DNA of 45,542 nucleotides from a virus (Duplodnaviria; Heunggongvirae; Uroviricota; Caudoviricetes): IMG/VR virus record IMGVR_UViG_2671181054_000005, positions 1 to 45,542 of that record; one strand, 5' to 3'. Shown piece by piece: positions 17,530 to 26,606 of this stretch (position 1 is its first letter; each line of letters starts with the position of its first letter). The notes under the pieces were generated by a model. It saw only the letters and a program-made list of their open reading frames with translations, ran no database searches and was not told where the DNA came from. The position numbers and the translations under genes were made by a program.

Positions 17530-17642
17530 ACCAAGCCGATTTCCTCCGTTACCAGGCAGAAAGCGTTAAGCGCGCCAGCATGCCGCCAGTAGCAAAGCAC
17601 AGCCAGACCAAAACCAACCAGCCTCAGAAGGAAGCCGCATAA
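17526..17642 (+). CDS. Tiny hypothetical ORF (38 aa)
   Basis: ATGA overlap with ninG stop and TAATG overlap with Q start; no other support. Confidence 0.25.
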   Translation: MNQADFLRYQAESVKRASMPPVAKHSQTKTNQPQKEAA

Positions 17643-18142
17643 TGAAACTGGAATTAACCAACGACCAGCATCAATGGGTAGACCAGTGGCTCCAGTTGTG
17701 GGGCGCATGGTGCCAGACCGGCAAGATTGATAAAGCGATGATCAACATGATTGCCAGATTCATGGCTACCGTCGAGCCCCAGCAAGCATCACGACCGGTA
17801 TGTAGTGATGATGACGGGATGCTCATTGATGCTGTCATTCGTCACTATCTGAAGAATGTGGATGAAAATGCCTGGCGGGTTGTCTTCGCCTACTACGTTT
17901 GTAACTCCAGCGAGATCCGAATTGCATCATGGCAGCATGCAGTAAGTAAGCCTCGCCTGATGAAGACGCGTGGCGGAAATCAGTATAAACACCCAAGCAT
18001 CTCGACAATCCGTAGAGAGGTGAAGCAAATCATCAATGCCTCACTGTTCTGTTTGTACCAACCGCTGCAAAATGCGTTTAACAATCGCGAAAATGTGAGG
18101 AAAATTGCAAAAAATCCTCATAACGCGCTTGCTTTTCAATGA
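17642..18142 (+). CDS. Late-gene antiterminator Q (P22 gp23 / phage 82 type)
   Basis: 166 aa; WGAW...SRPVCSDDDGMLID...YYV resembles P22 gene 23 as I recall it; positioned before tandem terminators and the lysis cassette. Confidence 0.6.
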   Translation: MKLELTNDQHQWVDQWLQLWGAWCQTGKIDKAMINMIARFMATVEPQQASRPVCSDDDGMLIDAVIRHYLKNVDENAWRVVFAYYVCNSSEIRIASWQHAVSKPRLMKTRGGNQYKHPSISTIRREVKQIINASLFCLYQPLQNAFNNRENVRKIAKNPHNALAFQ

Positions 18143-18204
18143 ACAAATGAGCAGAATAAATCGTATATGTTGCCGTTGTTGTGTGTGACATGAATGAATG
18201 CCAA

Positions 18205-18234
18205 GCCTCGCCATCGTGCGGGGCTTTTTTATTT
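18205..18234 (+). terminator. Intrinsic terminator (tR'-like, first)
   Basis: Hairpin GCCTCGC-N6-GCGGGGC (one G-U pair) followed by TTTTTTATTT. Confidence 0.5.
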
Positions 18235-18308
18235 GCGGTACGCCGCACACAGAACCCACTACCTGGGACCCTTCGGCCAGAGAGCCGACATTGCCTTACC
18301 CTCATCTT

Positions 18309-18333
18309 CCTGGCTTGTCGCCAGGTTTTTTAT
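18309..18333 (+). terminator. Intrinsic terminator (second, upstream of holin)
   Basis: Hairpin CCTGGC-N5-GCCAGG followed by TTTTTTATT. Confidence 0.55.
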
Positions 18334-18431
18334 TCCAGGCCGCAGACAATCAATTCCAGATGCCACGTAGCTAACGTGTCTGACGGCCTTTCCCCTACTA
18401 CCACACAGCACCCCGGAACCGGAGGTGTGGA

Positions 18432-18752
18432 ATGCAACGTATGAACCCAACAGATGGACACAATCTGCCTTACTGGTGGTCAACTCTTCTGGGGTTATTT
18501 TCCGTTCTCAGTTTACAGGACTACGTCTTTATTCTCGGCGCGCTGGTCTCTGCATACTTCACGATTAAGACCTATTACGCGAAACGGAAAGAAGAGCGTG
18601 AACGGCTGGAAGAAGAAAAGAAACGTACACAGTTACTGGCTAAATACCTTGCTGAGGTAAGCGAGAAACCCCACTCCGAACGTCCGGCATCTGCCGAGGT
18701 TGTAACGGAGGCAATGCGGAGAATGTCCAGTGGCGAACTTGAAGCTGAGTAA
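18432..18752 (+). CDS. Holin (dual-start motif)
   Basis: 106 aa; GGAGGTG Shine-Dalgarno; N-terminal MQRM dual-start pattern; hydrophobic segment then charged C-terminus; directly upstream of endolysin. Confidence 0.6.
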   Translation: MQRMNPTDGHNLPYWWSTLLGLFSVLSLQDYVFILGALVSAYFTIKTYYAKRKEERERLEEEKKRTQLLAKYLAEVSEKPHSERPASAEVVTEAMRRMSSGELEAE

Positions 18753-19260
18753 GAAGAGTGGCGCGGCCGGGATCGTTTGTTCAGTGGCTACAATTATCGC
18801 AATCGTGATGAATGCGGGCCATGTCAGGACTAACGAGCGCGGGCTGGAGTTAATCGGCAACGCTGAATCTTGCCGACGTGATCCGTATGTGTGCCCGGCA
18901 GGTGTGCTTACTGACGGAATGGGTAATACGCATGGCGTAAAGCTCGGAACCGTTAAGTCTGACCAGCAGATCGCAGCCGAGTGGGAGCGCAACATCCTTG
19001 ATGCTGAGTCCTGTGTTAACCGCTACGGGAATGGCAGAAAGCTATCTGACAATACTTTCTCGGCAGCTGTATCGGTAACGTTTCGTGCTGGCTGCGGAAA
19101 CATGCGCACCTCCACGATGTTCTCTCTTCTCAGAAGTGGGGATATCACGGCGGCATGCAACCAGTTCCCTCGCTGGGTATGGGGGGGAGGCAAGGTTCTG
19201 CCTGGTCTGGTTACTCGTGCCGGAAAAGAAGAAGCGCTCTGCCTGGACGGTGTGAAATGA
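18730..19260 (+). CDS. SAR endolysin (phage lysozyme with signal-anchor-release domain)
   Basis: GTG start with GGAGA Shine-Dalgarno; N-terminal hydrophobic SAR segment; E...D...T and [15 protein letters not shown] resemble R21-type lysozyme. Confidence 0.8.
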   Translation: MANLKLSKKSGAAGIVCSVATIIAIVMNAGHVRTNERGLELIGNAESCRRDPYVCPAGVLTDGMGNTHGVKLGTVKSDQQIAAEWERNILDAESCVNRYGNGRKLSDNTFSAAVSVTFRAGCGNMRTSTMFSLLRSGDITAACNQFPRWVWGGGKVLPGLVTRAGKEEALCLDGVK

Positions 19261-19718
19261 GCCGGTTAACAGCAATCATCTGTGCTTTCGTTATATGTCT
19301 GCTGGTCTCCATGGACTGGGCGATTAACCATTACCGCGAAAACGCCATCACCTACAAAGAACAGCGCGATAAAGCCACTGAGAAACTCAGCCTGGCTAAC
19401 GCCACCATAAAAGACATGCAGACCCGCCAGCGAGAGGTGGCTGCACTGGATGCCAAATACACCGGAGAACTGGCTGATGCGAAAGAAACCATTGAGCGTC
19501 TGCATAGCGATGTCATTGCTGGCCGTAAGCGGCTGCAGCTCAACGCAAACTGTCCCGCGAACGGAACGGCCGGCGCCAGCAGCATGGGCGATGCTTCCGG
19601 CCCCCGACTTACTGACTCCGCTGAACGGGATTATTTCACCCTCAGAGAGCGAATCGTCACAGTGACGAAGCAGGTCGGCTATCTGCAGGACTACATCAAA
19701 GAGCAATGTATTGAGTGA
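19257..19718 (+). CDS. Rz: Rz inner-membrane spanin
   Basis: ATGA overlap with endolysin stop; N-terminal transmembrane segment then coiled-coil periplasmic domain; Rz1 embedded in +1 frame. Confidence 0.7.
   Translation: MSRLTAIICAFVICLLVSMDWAINHYRENAITYKEQRDKATEKLSLANATIKDMQTRQREVAALDAKYTGELADAKETIERLHSDVIAGRKRLQLNANCPANGTAGASSMGDASGPRLTDSAERDYFTLRERIVTVTKQVGYLQDYIKEQCIE
19477..19665 (+). CDS. Rz1: Rz1 outer-membrane lipoprotein spanin (embedded in Rz)
   Basis: 62 aa; [20 protein letters not shown] lipoprotein signal with lipobox; proline-rich mature region. Confidence 0.65.
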   Translation: MRKKPLSVCIAMSLLAVSGCSSTQTVPRTERPAPAAWAMLPAPDLLTPLNGIISPSESESSQ

Positions 19719-19781
19719 TTTGGCTTTCAATAATTTGGGAATGTGCAATATATTAACCACCAAAACTATATGGAGGTTAAT

Positions 19782-20465
19782 ATGTCTGCTTGGGAGTGTC
19801 CTTTTTGCGGTAGGTTGGCTGTTTATGATTCAATGCAGAAAAAACGTGATAGCTTCTCAGTTTCTGGGGATACCAAGTTTGGAGTCCTCGTTTTCGAGTC
19901 TTTCGTAAACATCTGCCCAAACCCAGAATGCAAAGAATTTACATACATTACAACGATGTCTACAGGAAAATATCAGGCCGGTTACTATATACCTGATGAT
20001 CTCCTAGAGACGTGGGTTAACAGGCCTAACGGAATTTTTAAACAGTTTCCTGATTATGTGCCGAAGCCGATTTTAGATGACTATAAAGAGGCGGTCTTAA
20101 TCAAAAACCTTTCACCTAAAGCTTCTGCAACTTTGTCACGCAGGTGTCTTCAAGGAATGATTAGGAGCGTCTGGAATGTTAAGCCCGCGAGACTTGTTGA
20201 CGAAATAAAAGCCATCGAGGGGCAGATTGAATCGAATGTTTGGAAAGCAATCGATGCCGTAAGGAATATTGGCAACATTGGCGCTCATATGGAAAATGAT
20301 ATCAATATCATTGTTGATGTCGATCCAGACGAAGCTGAGATGCTGATAGGCCTCCTCGAGCTTCTGATTCAAGAGTGGTATGTTGAAAAGCATGAAAGGC
20401 AACTACGAATTGACGCCATTACCGCTTTAGCGGCTGAGAAAAAAGCATTAAAACAAACAAAATAA
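19782..20465 (+). CDS. Zinc-ribbon plus DUF4145-like protein (candidate defence/abortive-infection effector)
   Basis: 227 aa from ATG 19782 with GGAGG Shine-Dalgarno; N-terminal CPFCG...CPNPEC; C-terminal AIDAVRNIGNIGAHMEND (R-x7-H) matches DUF4145 as I recall it; about 40% GC versus 55% flanks. Confidence 0.7.
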   Translation: MSAWECPFCGRLAVYDSMQKKRDSFSVSGDTKFGVLVFESFVNICPNPECKEFTYITTMSTGKYQAGYYIPDDLLETWVNRPNGIFKQFPDYVPKPILDDYKEAVLIKNLSPKASATLSRRCLQGMIRSVWNVKPARLVDEIKAIEGQIESNVWKAIDAVRNIGNIGAHMENDINIIVDVDPDEAEMLIGLLELLIQEWYVEKHERQLRIDAITALAAEKKALKQTK

Positions 20466-20490
20466 ACCGCCTACGGGCGGTTTTTTGTTG
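20466..20490 (+). terminator. Intrinsic terminator
   Basis: Hairpin CCGCC-TAC-GGGCGG followed by TTTTTTGTT immediately after the DUF4145 gene stop. Confidence 0.7.
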
Positions 20491-20552
20491 CCATCACCAT
20501 GGGGTAGCCCATCGTAATGGCAATATCCACATAAGCGGATAGAGAGGCCTCA

Positions 20553-20756
20553 ATGTCCGACACCTACCAAATCACTATCACCACTACATCGAAAGATACG
20601 TTCACTGGCACGATGAATCGAAGCCAGCCTGAAATCGTTAATGGGTTCGTGGCATTGGCTACCGACACGGGTGAATGGCGTTACTTTCGGCCGGACAGCG
20701 TGGAGCAGTTCCACTTTGTACCAGTGTTAGAAGAAAAAGCATCAGAGGACGCTTAG
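20553..20756 (+). CDS. Hypothetical small protein
   Basis: 67 aa, ATG with AGAGAGG Shine-Dalgarno; AT-rich island. Confidence 0.45.
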   Translation: MSDTYQITITTTSKDTFTGTMNRSQPEIVNGFVALATDTGEWRYFRPDSVEQFHFVPVLEEKASEDA

Positions 20757-20779
20757 TTGCCGCCCCCTGATGGGATTTG

Positions 20780-20953
20780 TTACTGATCTACCATTACACT
20801 ATGAATAGTAAGGCCGTTCTTATCTTTGAAAACCACCGTTAAAGGCAATTCTTTGTCTTGTTCTGGGTTCCCTGTTTTGAGAGAGAGGACATCAATTTTC
20901 AATTCATAATTCCCAGTACTGATAAGCATTTTTGCGAAGTCTTCGAGTGTCAT
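20780..20953 (-). CDS. Hypothetical small protein (57 aa), convergent with 20553..20756
   Basis: Track start is TTG 21022; internal ATG at 20953 preceded by strong AGGAGG Shine-Dalgarno on minus strand. Confidence 0.4.
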   Translation of the reverse strand: MTLEDFAKMLISTGNYELKIDVLSLKTGNPEQDKELPLTVVFKDKNGLTIHSVMVDQ

Positions 20954-21011
20954 TATTCCTCCTGTTAAAACCATATTATCGGGAAGTGGCACATAACCTT
21001 TAAGGAAATAT

Positions 21012-21449
21012 ATGGCGACCAAACAAAAAACTGGCCGCCCTTCTGATTATTTACCAGAGGTGGCTGCTGACATCTGCTCACTGCTTGCCGATGGGGAAAG
21101 CCTGCGCAAAGTTTGTGATCGACCAGGGATGCCTAACAAGGCGACGGTGTTCCGCTGGCTGGCGCAGCATGCAGAGTTTCGCGACCAATACGCGAAAGCC
21201 ACTGAGACACGCGCTGATGCGATTTTCGAAGATATGTTCGATATTGCTGACGGTGTGAATGAAGAGGCTGCCGCAGTAGCTAAAGCACGTCTTCGCATTG
21301 ACACGCGAAAATGGGCCCTGGCCCGCATGAACCCGAAGAAGTACGGCGACAAAGTCAGCCAGGAAATCGACCACAAATCATCTGACGGAACCATGACCCC
21401 AAAGCCAACAATCATCCAGCTACTACCTGTTGAGCCAAAGCATGAGTAA
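21012..21449 (+). CDS. Terminase small subunit
   Basis: 145 aa, ATG with AAGGA Shine-Dalgarno; HTH-like N-terminus; directly precedes and overlaps terminase large subunit. Confidence 0.7.
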   Translation: MATKQKTGRPSDYLPEVAADICSLLADGESLRKVCDRPGMPNKATVFRWLAQHAEFRDQYAKATETRADAIFEDMFDIADGVNEEAAAVAKARLRIDTRKWALARMNPKKYGDKVSQEIDHKSSDGTMTPKPTIIQLLPVEPKHE

Positions 21450-22689
21450 CGCCGTTCAACTGCCGATCCCCGCCAAGCTTGCACCACTGTTCACCGCCGT
21501 GAATAAGCGTTACCGGTGCTCTCACGGCGGACGCGGTAGCGCCAAGACGCGCACATTTGCGCTGATGACTGCAGTTAAGGCGTATCAGTCGATGATGAAC
21601 GGTGAAAGCGGCGTAGTGCTCTGTGCGCGTGAATTCATGAACTCGCTGGAAGAGTCGAGTATGCAGGAGGTGAAACAGGCGATCCTGTCTGTACCGTGGC
21701 TGGCTTCCAACTTTGATATCGGCGAGAAGTACATCCGCACCATCGACAAGAGCGTTAACTACGTGTTCTGCGGTCTGCGGCATAACCTCGACAGCATCAA
21801 GTCGAAAGCGCGCATCCTGCTGTGCTGGGTTGATGAAGCGGAATCAGTCAGCGAAATTGCCTGGCAGAAGCTGAGCCCGACCGTTCGTGAAGAGGGGTCA
21901 GAGATTTGGGTGACGTGGAACCCGGAGCGAGACGGTAGCGCCACGGATAAGCGTTTCCGCAAAGAGGCAGGCGACGACTGCATCACCGTTGAAATGAACT
22001 ATACGGATAACCCGTGGTTCCCTGATGTGCTGGAAGGCGAGCGACAGAACGATCAGCGCCGCCTCGACCCGGCAACATACGCATGGGTGTGGGAAGGGGC
22101 TTATCTCGAAAACTCCGATAAGCAGGTACTGGCCGGGAAATACCGGATTGCTGAGTTCTCGGACCAACTATGGAAAGAGGCCGAACGTCTGTTCTTCGGT
22201 GCTGACTTCGGTTTCGCCAAAGACCCTAACACGTTGGTGCGTTCGTTCATCCTGCATAACCGGCTGTACATCGAATACGAGGCATACGGTCAGCAAACTG
22301 AGCTCGACCACATGCCAAAGCTGTACGACACGATTCCAGGTGCGCGTGACTGGCCCATTAAAGCCGACTCCGCTCGACCCGAGACGATCAGCTATCTAAA
22401 GCGGCAGGGCTTCAACATCTCAGCCGCTGAGAAATGGCAAGGAAGCGTTGAGGACGGGATCGCACACCTTCGCGGATTCGACGAAATCATTATCCATCCG
22501 CGCTGCAAGAATGTGGCGCGAGAGGCCCGCATGTGGTCGTACAAAACAGACCGCATTACTGGCGAGGTGCTGCCGAAACTGGCCGACGGCTATGAACACT
22601 GCTGGGACGGTATCCGCTACAGCCTAGACGGGCACATTAAGCGTAAAGGCCAGATGGCCGGGATGATGATCCCAAAACGGCTGCGATAA
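21442..22689 (+). CDS. Terminase large subunit
   Basis: Track start is TTG 21430; ATG at 21442; Walker A-like GGRGSAKT, CWVDEAE Walker B-like segment, C-terminal nuclease region. Confidence 0.9.
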   Translation: MSNAVQLPIPAKLAPLFTAVNKRYRCSHGGRGSAKTRTFALMTAVKAYQSMMNGESGVVLCAREFMNSLEESSMQEVKQAILSVPWLASNFDIGEKYIRTIDKSVNYVFCGLRHNLDSIKSKARILLCWVDEAESVSEIAWQKLSPTVREEGSEIWVTWNPERDGSATDKRFRKEAGDDCITVEMNYTDNPWFPDVLEGERQNDQRRLDPATYAWVWEGAYLENSDKQVLAGKYRIAEFSDQLWKEAERLFFGADFGFAKDPNTLVRSFILHNRLYIEYEAYGQQTELDHMPKLYDTIPGARDWPIKADSARPETISYLKRQGFNISAAEKWQGSVEDGIAHLRGFDEIIIHPRCKNVAREARMWSYKTDRITGEVLPKLADGYEHCWDGIRYSLDGHIKRKGQMAGMMIPKRLR

Positions 22690-22748
22690 TTTGTACGAAT
22701 ACCAAGCGAAGTCATAATTAAACTCCCGCCATATGATTCGGAGGTTTT

Positions 22749-22982
22749 ATGCATAGCTTTGAGCACTTGGTTGCAGAAATAAGAGAAGAGTTAAGGCTTA
22801 GAGGGCTTGAGCATTCATCGCTAATTTTTACTAAGCTTGCTCAGCAATACGCCCCTTACTATCAATCATTCGAACCTGAAAGAAAAGAGGCGTTACTGCT
22901 AAAGCTTAAGGCGCTTGAGAGAAGCGTGGGGCTACAGAAACCATTTGATTGGGAATCAGCCCTCTCAACGAAAAAAGAATAG
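22749..22982 (+). CDS. Hypothetical moron protein
   Basis: 77 aa, ATG with GGAGG Shine-Dalgarno; own candidate promoter TTGTAC -16/17- CATAAT (22691-22719) and hairpin/T-run at 22983-23007; AT-rich. Confidence 0.45.
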   Translation: MHSFEHLVAEIREELRLRGLEHSSLIFTKLAQQYAPYYQSFEPERKEALLLKLKALERSVGLQKPFDWESALSTKKE

Positions 22983-23032
22983 GTCGCTCAGGCGGCCTTT
23001 TTTATTGCCATAAATCCACCACCGGACAATCC

Positions 23033-24382
23033 ATGAATGACAAATTAACTCTCGCCGTCAACCATGCGTTGAACGATGCGCGGATGGCTCGCGCCCGTAT
23101 GGGGCTGATGGCGCCTACAATGGGGCTGGACAACAAGCGCCACTCTGCATGGTGCGAGTATGGATTCCCTGAGCAGGTAACCTACGAAAACCTTTATGCC
23201 CTGTACCGACGCGGTGGTATTGCCCACGGCGCAGTAGAGAAACTGGTGGGCAAGTGCTGGCAGACTAACCCGGAAATCATCGAGGGTGATCAGGCAGACA
23301 AAAAGCGCAAAGAAACCGCCTGGGAGAAAAAGGCCAAACAGGTATTCACCAACCGATTCTGGCGCTCATTCTCTGAGGCCGATCGCCGTCGTCTGGTGGG
23401 CCGTTATGCTGGCATCCTTCTGCACGTCCGCGATGAAAAAGACTGGAACCTTCCGGTAACCAAAGGGCGAGGTCTTCAGAAAATATCGGTGGCGTGGGCA
23501 GGATCGCTTACGGTGAGCGAGTGGGACACTGGCCTGAACTCGAAGACGTACGGCCAGCCTCAGATGTGGCAGTACGCCGAACGCTTGCCGAATGGTTCAA
23601 GTCGCCGCGTCAATATCCACCCCGATCGCGTTTTCATCCTTGGTGATTACTCAGACGATGCTATTGGCTTCCTTGAGCCAGCTTATAACGCCTTTGTAAG
23701 CCTGGAGAAGGTAGAGGGTGGATCCGGCGAGTCATTCCTGAAGAACGCCGCGCGCCAGCTTAATGTCAACTTTGAGAAGGAAATCGACTTCAACAATCTT
23801 GCGTCACTTTATGGCGTGAGCATTGACGAGTTGCAGGATAAGTTTAACGAAGTTGCCGGGGAAATGAACCGTGGCAACGATGTTTTGATGACAACCCAAG
23901 GGGCCACGGTCACACCGCTGGTGACTGCTGTAGCTGATCCTTCAGCGACCTATAACGTCAACCTGCAAACGGCTGCCGCCGGTGTTGATATCCCGACGCG
24001 CATTCTGGTTGGTAATCAGCAGGCCGAGCGCTCCAGCACCGAAGACCAGAAATACTTTAATGCTCGTTGTCAGTCGCGACGCGTAGACCTCTCTTTCGAA
24101 ATAGAGGACTTCTGCGACAAGCTTATCGATCTACAAATCGTAGACTCAGTCAGTCAGAAGGCTGTTATCTGGGATGACCTTAACGAACAGACCGGTACTG
24201 AGAAGCTCACTAACGCCAAGACCATGGGCGAAATTAACCAGACCATGCAGGGCAGCGGCGAAGAGCCAGCGTTCAGCCGTGAAGAGATTCGTACAGCTGC
24301 GGGTTATGACAATGACGACGAAGAGCCGTTAGGAGAAGAGGATGGCGACGAACAAGACGAAGCCACCAATTCTACCGCGTAA
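23033..24382 (+). CDS. Portal protein (putative)
   Basis: Track start is TTG 22949; first ATG at 23033; ~450 aa between terminase large subunit and head morphogenesis gene; acidic C-terminus. Confidence 0.55.
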   Translation: MNDKLTLAVNHALNDARMARARMGLMAPTMGLDNKRHSAWCEYGFPEQVTYENLYALYRRGGIAHGAVEKLVGKCWQTNPEIIEGDQADKKRKETAWEKKAKQVFTNRFWRSFSEADRRRLVGRYAGILLHVRDEKDWNLPVTKGRGLQKISVAWAGSLTVSEWDTGLNSKTYGQPQMWQYAERLPNGSSRRVNIHPDRVFILGDYSDDAIGFLEPAYNAFVSLEKVEGGSGESFLKNAARQLNVNFEKEIDFNNLASLYGVSIDELQDKFNEVAGEMNRGNDVLMTTQGATVTPLVTAVADPSATYNVNLQTAAAGVDIPTRILVGNQQAERSSTEDQKYFNARCQSRRVDLSFEIEDFCDKLIDLQIVDSVSQKAVIWDDLNEQTGTEKLTNAKTMGEINQTMQGSGEEPAFSREEIRTAAGYDNDDEEPLGEEDGDEQDEATNSTA

Positions 24383-25268
24383 CTATCAGGATCCTACCGG
24401 AGCCGATGCGCTGGAACGACGGACAATGAAAGACTTCGCCAGGCGGATGAAAAAGATTGGCAAGGCGTACAAATCAGCACTCGACAAAATACCTTCCTCC
24501 CTCGCAGTAAACGCCAGATACGAATACCAGTTAAACCCAACGCTACTCTCCATCATCCTGAACGATGCCAGTTACCTGGTGGATCAGGTGCTGCTTGAAG
24601 GTGGCGATTATGACCTGTGGTTTTACGAGTACATCGATCTGGCTTCGGAGAAGGGGACCGGGCAGTCATTCTACAACCTCAGCCAGCAGTCGCCGGTGTA
24701 CGCCGCCGGTCGTGAGTCGCTGGCCTCCATCCTCGCAAGCGACCCTTACCAGCAACGCATGGCGCTGGTGCATGCCCGTGTGTTTGAGGAAATGAAGGGG
24801 CTGACGGCTGACGTTAAGCGCGACATGGCGCGCGTGCTGACTGATGGTGTGGGGCGCGGTCTCAATCCGCTGGACATTGCCCGCAACCTCACAGAACAGA
24901 CCGGCATCGAGAAGCGCCGGGCGAACCGGATAGCGCGCACTGAAGTGACTACCGCGCTGCGCCGGGCCAAGTGGGATGAAGACCAGGAGGCGAATGACCT
25001 CTTCGGCCTGAAAACTCTGCTGGTTCACATCTCGGCTCTGTCGCCGACAACGCGACATACCCACGCAGTGCGCCATGCCCACCTCTACACCAACGAAGAG
25101 GTGCGTGACTGGTACAGCAAAGATGGCAACTCCATCAACTGCAAATGCAGCCAGCAGTCGGTGCTGGTGGATGCGGACGGCAAGCCGGAATACCCGGACA
25201 CCATCACGAAACTCAAACAGGAATATAAATCGATGCAGGCGAGCGGTTACGCCTGGGCGGAGAAATAA
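24342..25268 (+). CDS. Head morphogenesis protein (SPP1 gp7 / Mu F-like)
   Basis: 308 aa, ATG with AGGAGAAGAGG Shine-Dalgarno; position after portal; family recalled from memory. Confidence 0.65.
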   Translation: MATNKTKPPILPRNYQDPTGADALERRTMKDFARRMKKIGKAYKSALDKIPSSLAVNARYEYQLNPTLLSIILNDASYLVDQVLLEGGDYDLWFYEYIDLASEKGTGQSFYNLSQQSPVYAAGRESLASILASDPYQQRMALVHARVFEEMKGLTADVKRDMARVLTDGVGRGLNPLDIARNLTEQTGIEKRRANRIARTEVTTALRRAKWDEDQEANDLFGLKTLLVHISALSPTTRHTHAVRHAHLYTNEEVRDWYSKDGNSINCKCSQQSVLVDADGKPEYPDTITKLKQEYKSMQASGYAWAEK

Positions 25269-25271
25269 CTC

Positions 25272-26594
25272 ATGAAATTCCAGGTAAACCACGAAGCACA
25301 GCGTCCAATCCAGGCACCGAAACATGGTGAGCATATTCAGGTCAACATCACCACAAAGGTGAACAGCCAGTCTATCCGGCGCGAAACATACAACGGGCGT
25401 GAGCACCTGGTGCTGCCGAGCTACACACTTCCAGCTAACGTCGTCATGAATGGCGGCTTGTACACGCAAGAGCAAATCGACGCCCACTATAAGGGGCTGG
25501 AAGGTACCCTGGCGCCGCTGGGTCACCCTCAGGTTAACGGTCAGTTCGTGTCTGCTTTCTCTCCTGAGGGGATTAACGCAGGCCATATCGGCGCGTGGAA
25601 CCGCAACGTTAAGAAGTCCGGTAATCGTATCTACCTCGAAAAGTGGGTTGATGTGGCCCGTGCCAGCGAGTCGGAAGGTGGCAGGGAACTGCTTGAGCGT
25701 GTCGCTGCCATTGAGCGCGGTGAAAACGTTCCGCCGATTCACACCAGCGTCGCTGCTTTCCTCGACCAGCTTGAACCAAACGAACAGCAACGGGCCACTG
25801 GCGCTGAGTGGGTTGCGAAGATTTACAGCATGGATCACGACGCGATCCTGCTGCACGAAGTCGGAGCCGCCACCCCTGAGCAGGGCGTTGGCCTGATGGT
25901 AAACGCCGATCTGGCGCAGCCGCTTAAAGCGAACTCCGGCGCGCTGGTGGGTGAATCCTACCGGGAGCGCGAACAGCGTCTTGATCGCGCAGCCAAAGCG
26001 AAGTTTGCGGCGGGCGCGGATGAATATGCCTGGGTTGCTGACTTCACTGATTCGCAGGTAGTTATCGTGCGAAATGGCGGCGATGCGCAGGTTTACGGCT
26101 ATTCCGCTGATGGCGGGAAGATCGCTATCGACGATACCGGCACCGCAGTAGCGCGCCAGGAGTCGTGGGTGGCAGTCGTCGCTAACAAATTCAAAGCTCT
26201 ATTCACACCGCAGGAACAGCCTGCACCAAACCACAAAACGGAGGGCGACATGCCTTTAACCAAAGAAGAACTGGAACAAATCGGCAGCATGATCGGCCAG
26301 GCTGTTGCGACCAATACTGAAGCGGCTATTAAGCCTCTCGCGGAAAAGGTTGATGCGCTGCAGGCCAATCAGAAGCAACTCGCGGAAACCCTGACCGCGA
26401 ACTCCCGTGCCGAAGAGAAAGCAAAGCGCGAAGCGGTTGCGAAGGCCCATGGCGATATCGTCGCGAACGCTCTGTCAGGCGAAGCTCTGGACGCGATGTT
26501 CAAGTCGCTGGGCGAAGCTGCGCCGCTGGGCACCAACAATGCTCAGCAGCACAAAGAAACCGGCGCACCAGCCGCAGACGAACACTTCAAGTAA
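25272..26594 (+). CDS. Putative head scaffolding / prohead maturation protein
   Basis: 440 aa, ATG with GGAG Shine-Dalgarno; between head morphogenesis and capsid genes; Ala/Glu/Lys-rich C-terminal region. Confidence 0.45.
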   Translation: MKFQVNHEAQRPIQAPKHGEHIQVNITTKVNSQSIRRETYNGREHLVLPSYTLPANVVMNGGLYTQEQIDAHYKGLEGTLAPLGHPQVNGQFVSAFSPEGINAGHIGAWNRNVKKSGNRIYLEKWVDVARASESEGGRELLERVAAIERGENVPPIHTSVAAFLDQLEPNEQQRATGAEWVAKIYSMDHDAILLHEVGAATPEQGVGLMVNADLAQPLKANSGALVGESYREREQRLDRAAKAKFAAGADEYAWVADFTDSQVVIVRNGGDAQVYGYSADGGKIAIDDTGTAVARQESWVAVVANKFKALFTPQEQPAPNHKTEGDMPLTKEELEQIGSMIGQAVATNTEAAIKPLAEKVDALQANQKQLAETLTANSRAEEKAKREAVAKAHGDIVANALSGEALDAMFKSLGEAAPLGTNNAQQHKETGAPAADEHFK

Positions 26595-26606
26595 GGAGCC
26601 GGAATA

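Noticed and set aside
24666-25856. 396-aa minus-strand ORF spanning the head morphogenesis and scaffold genes
   Set aside because: Antisense to two well-supported, translationally organised plus-strand structural genes in GC-rich DNA, where long stop-free antisense frames arise by chance; no ribosome-binding site.
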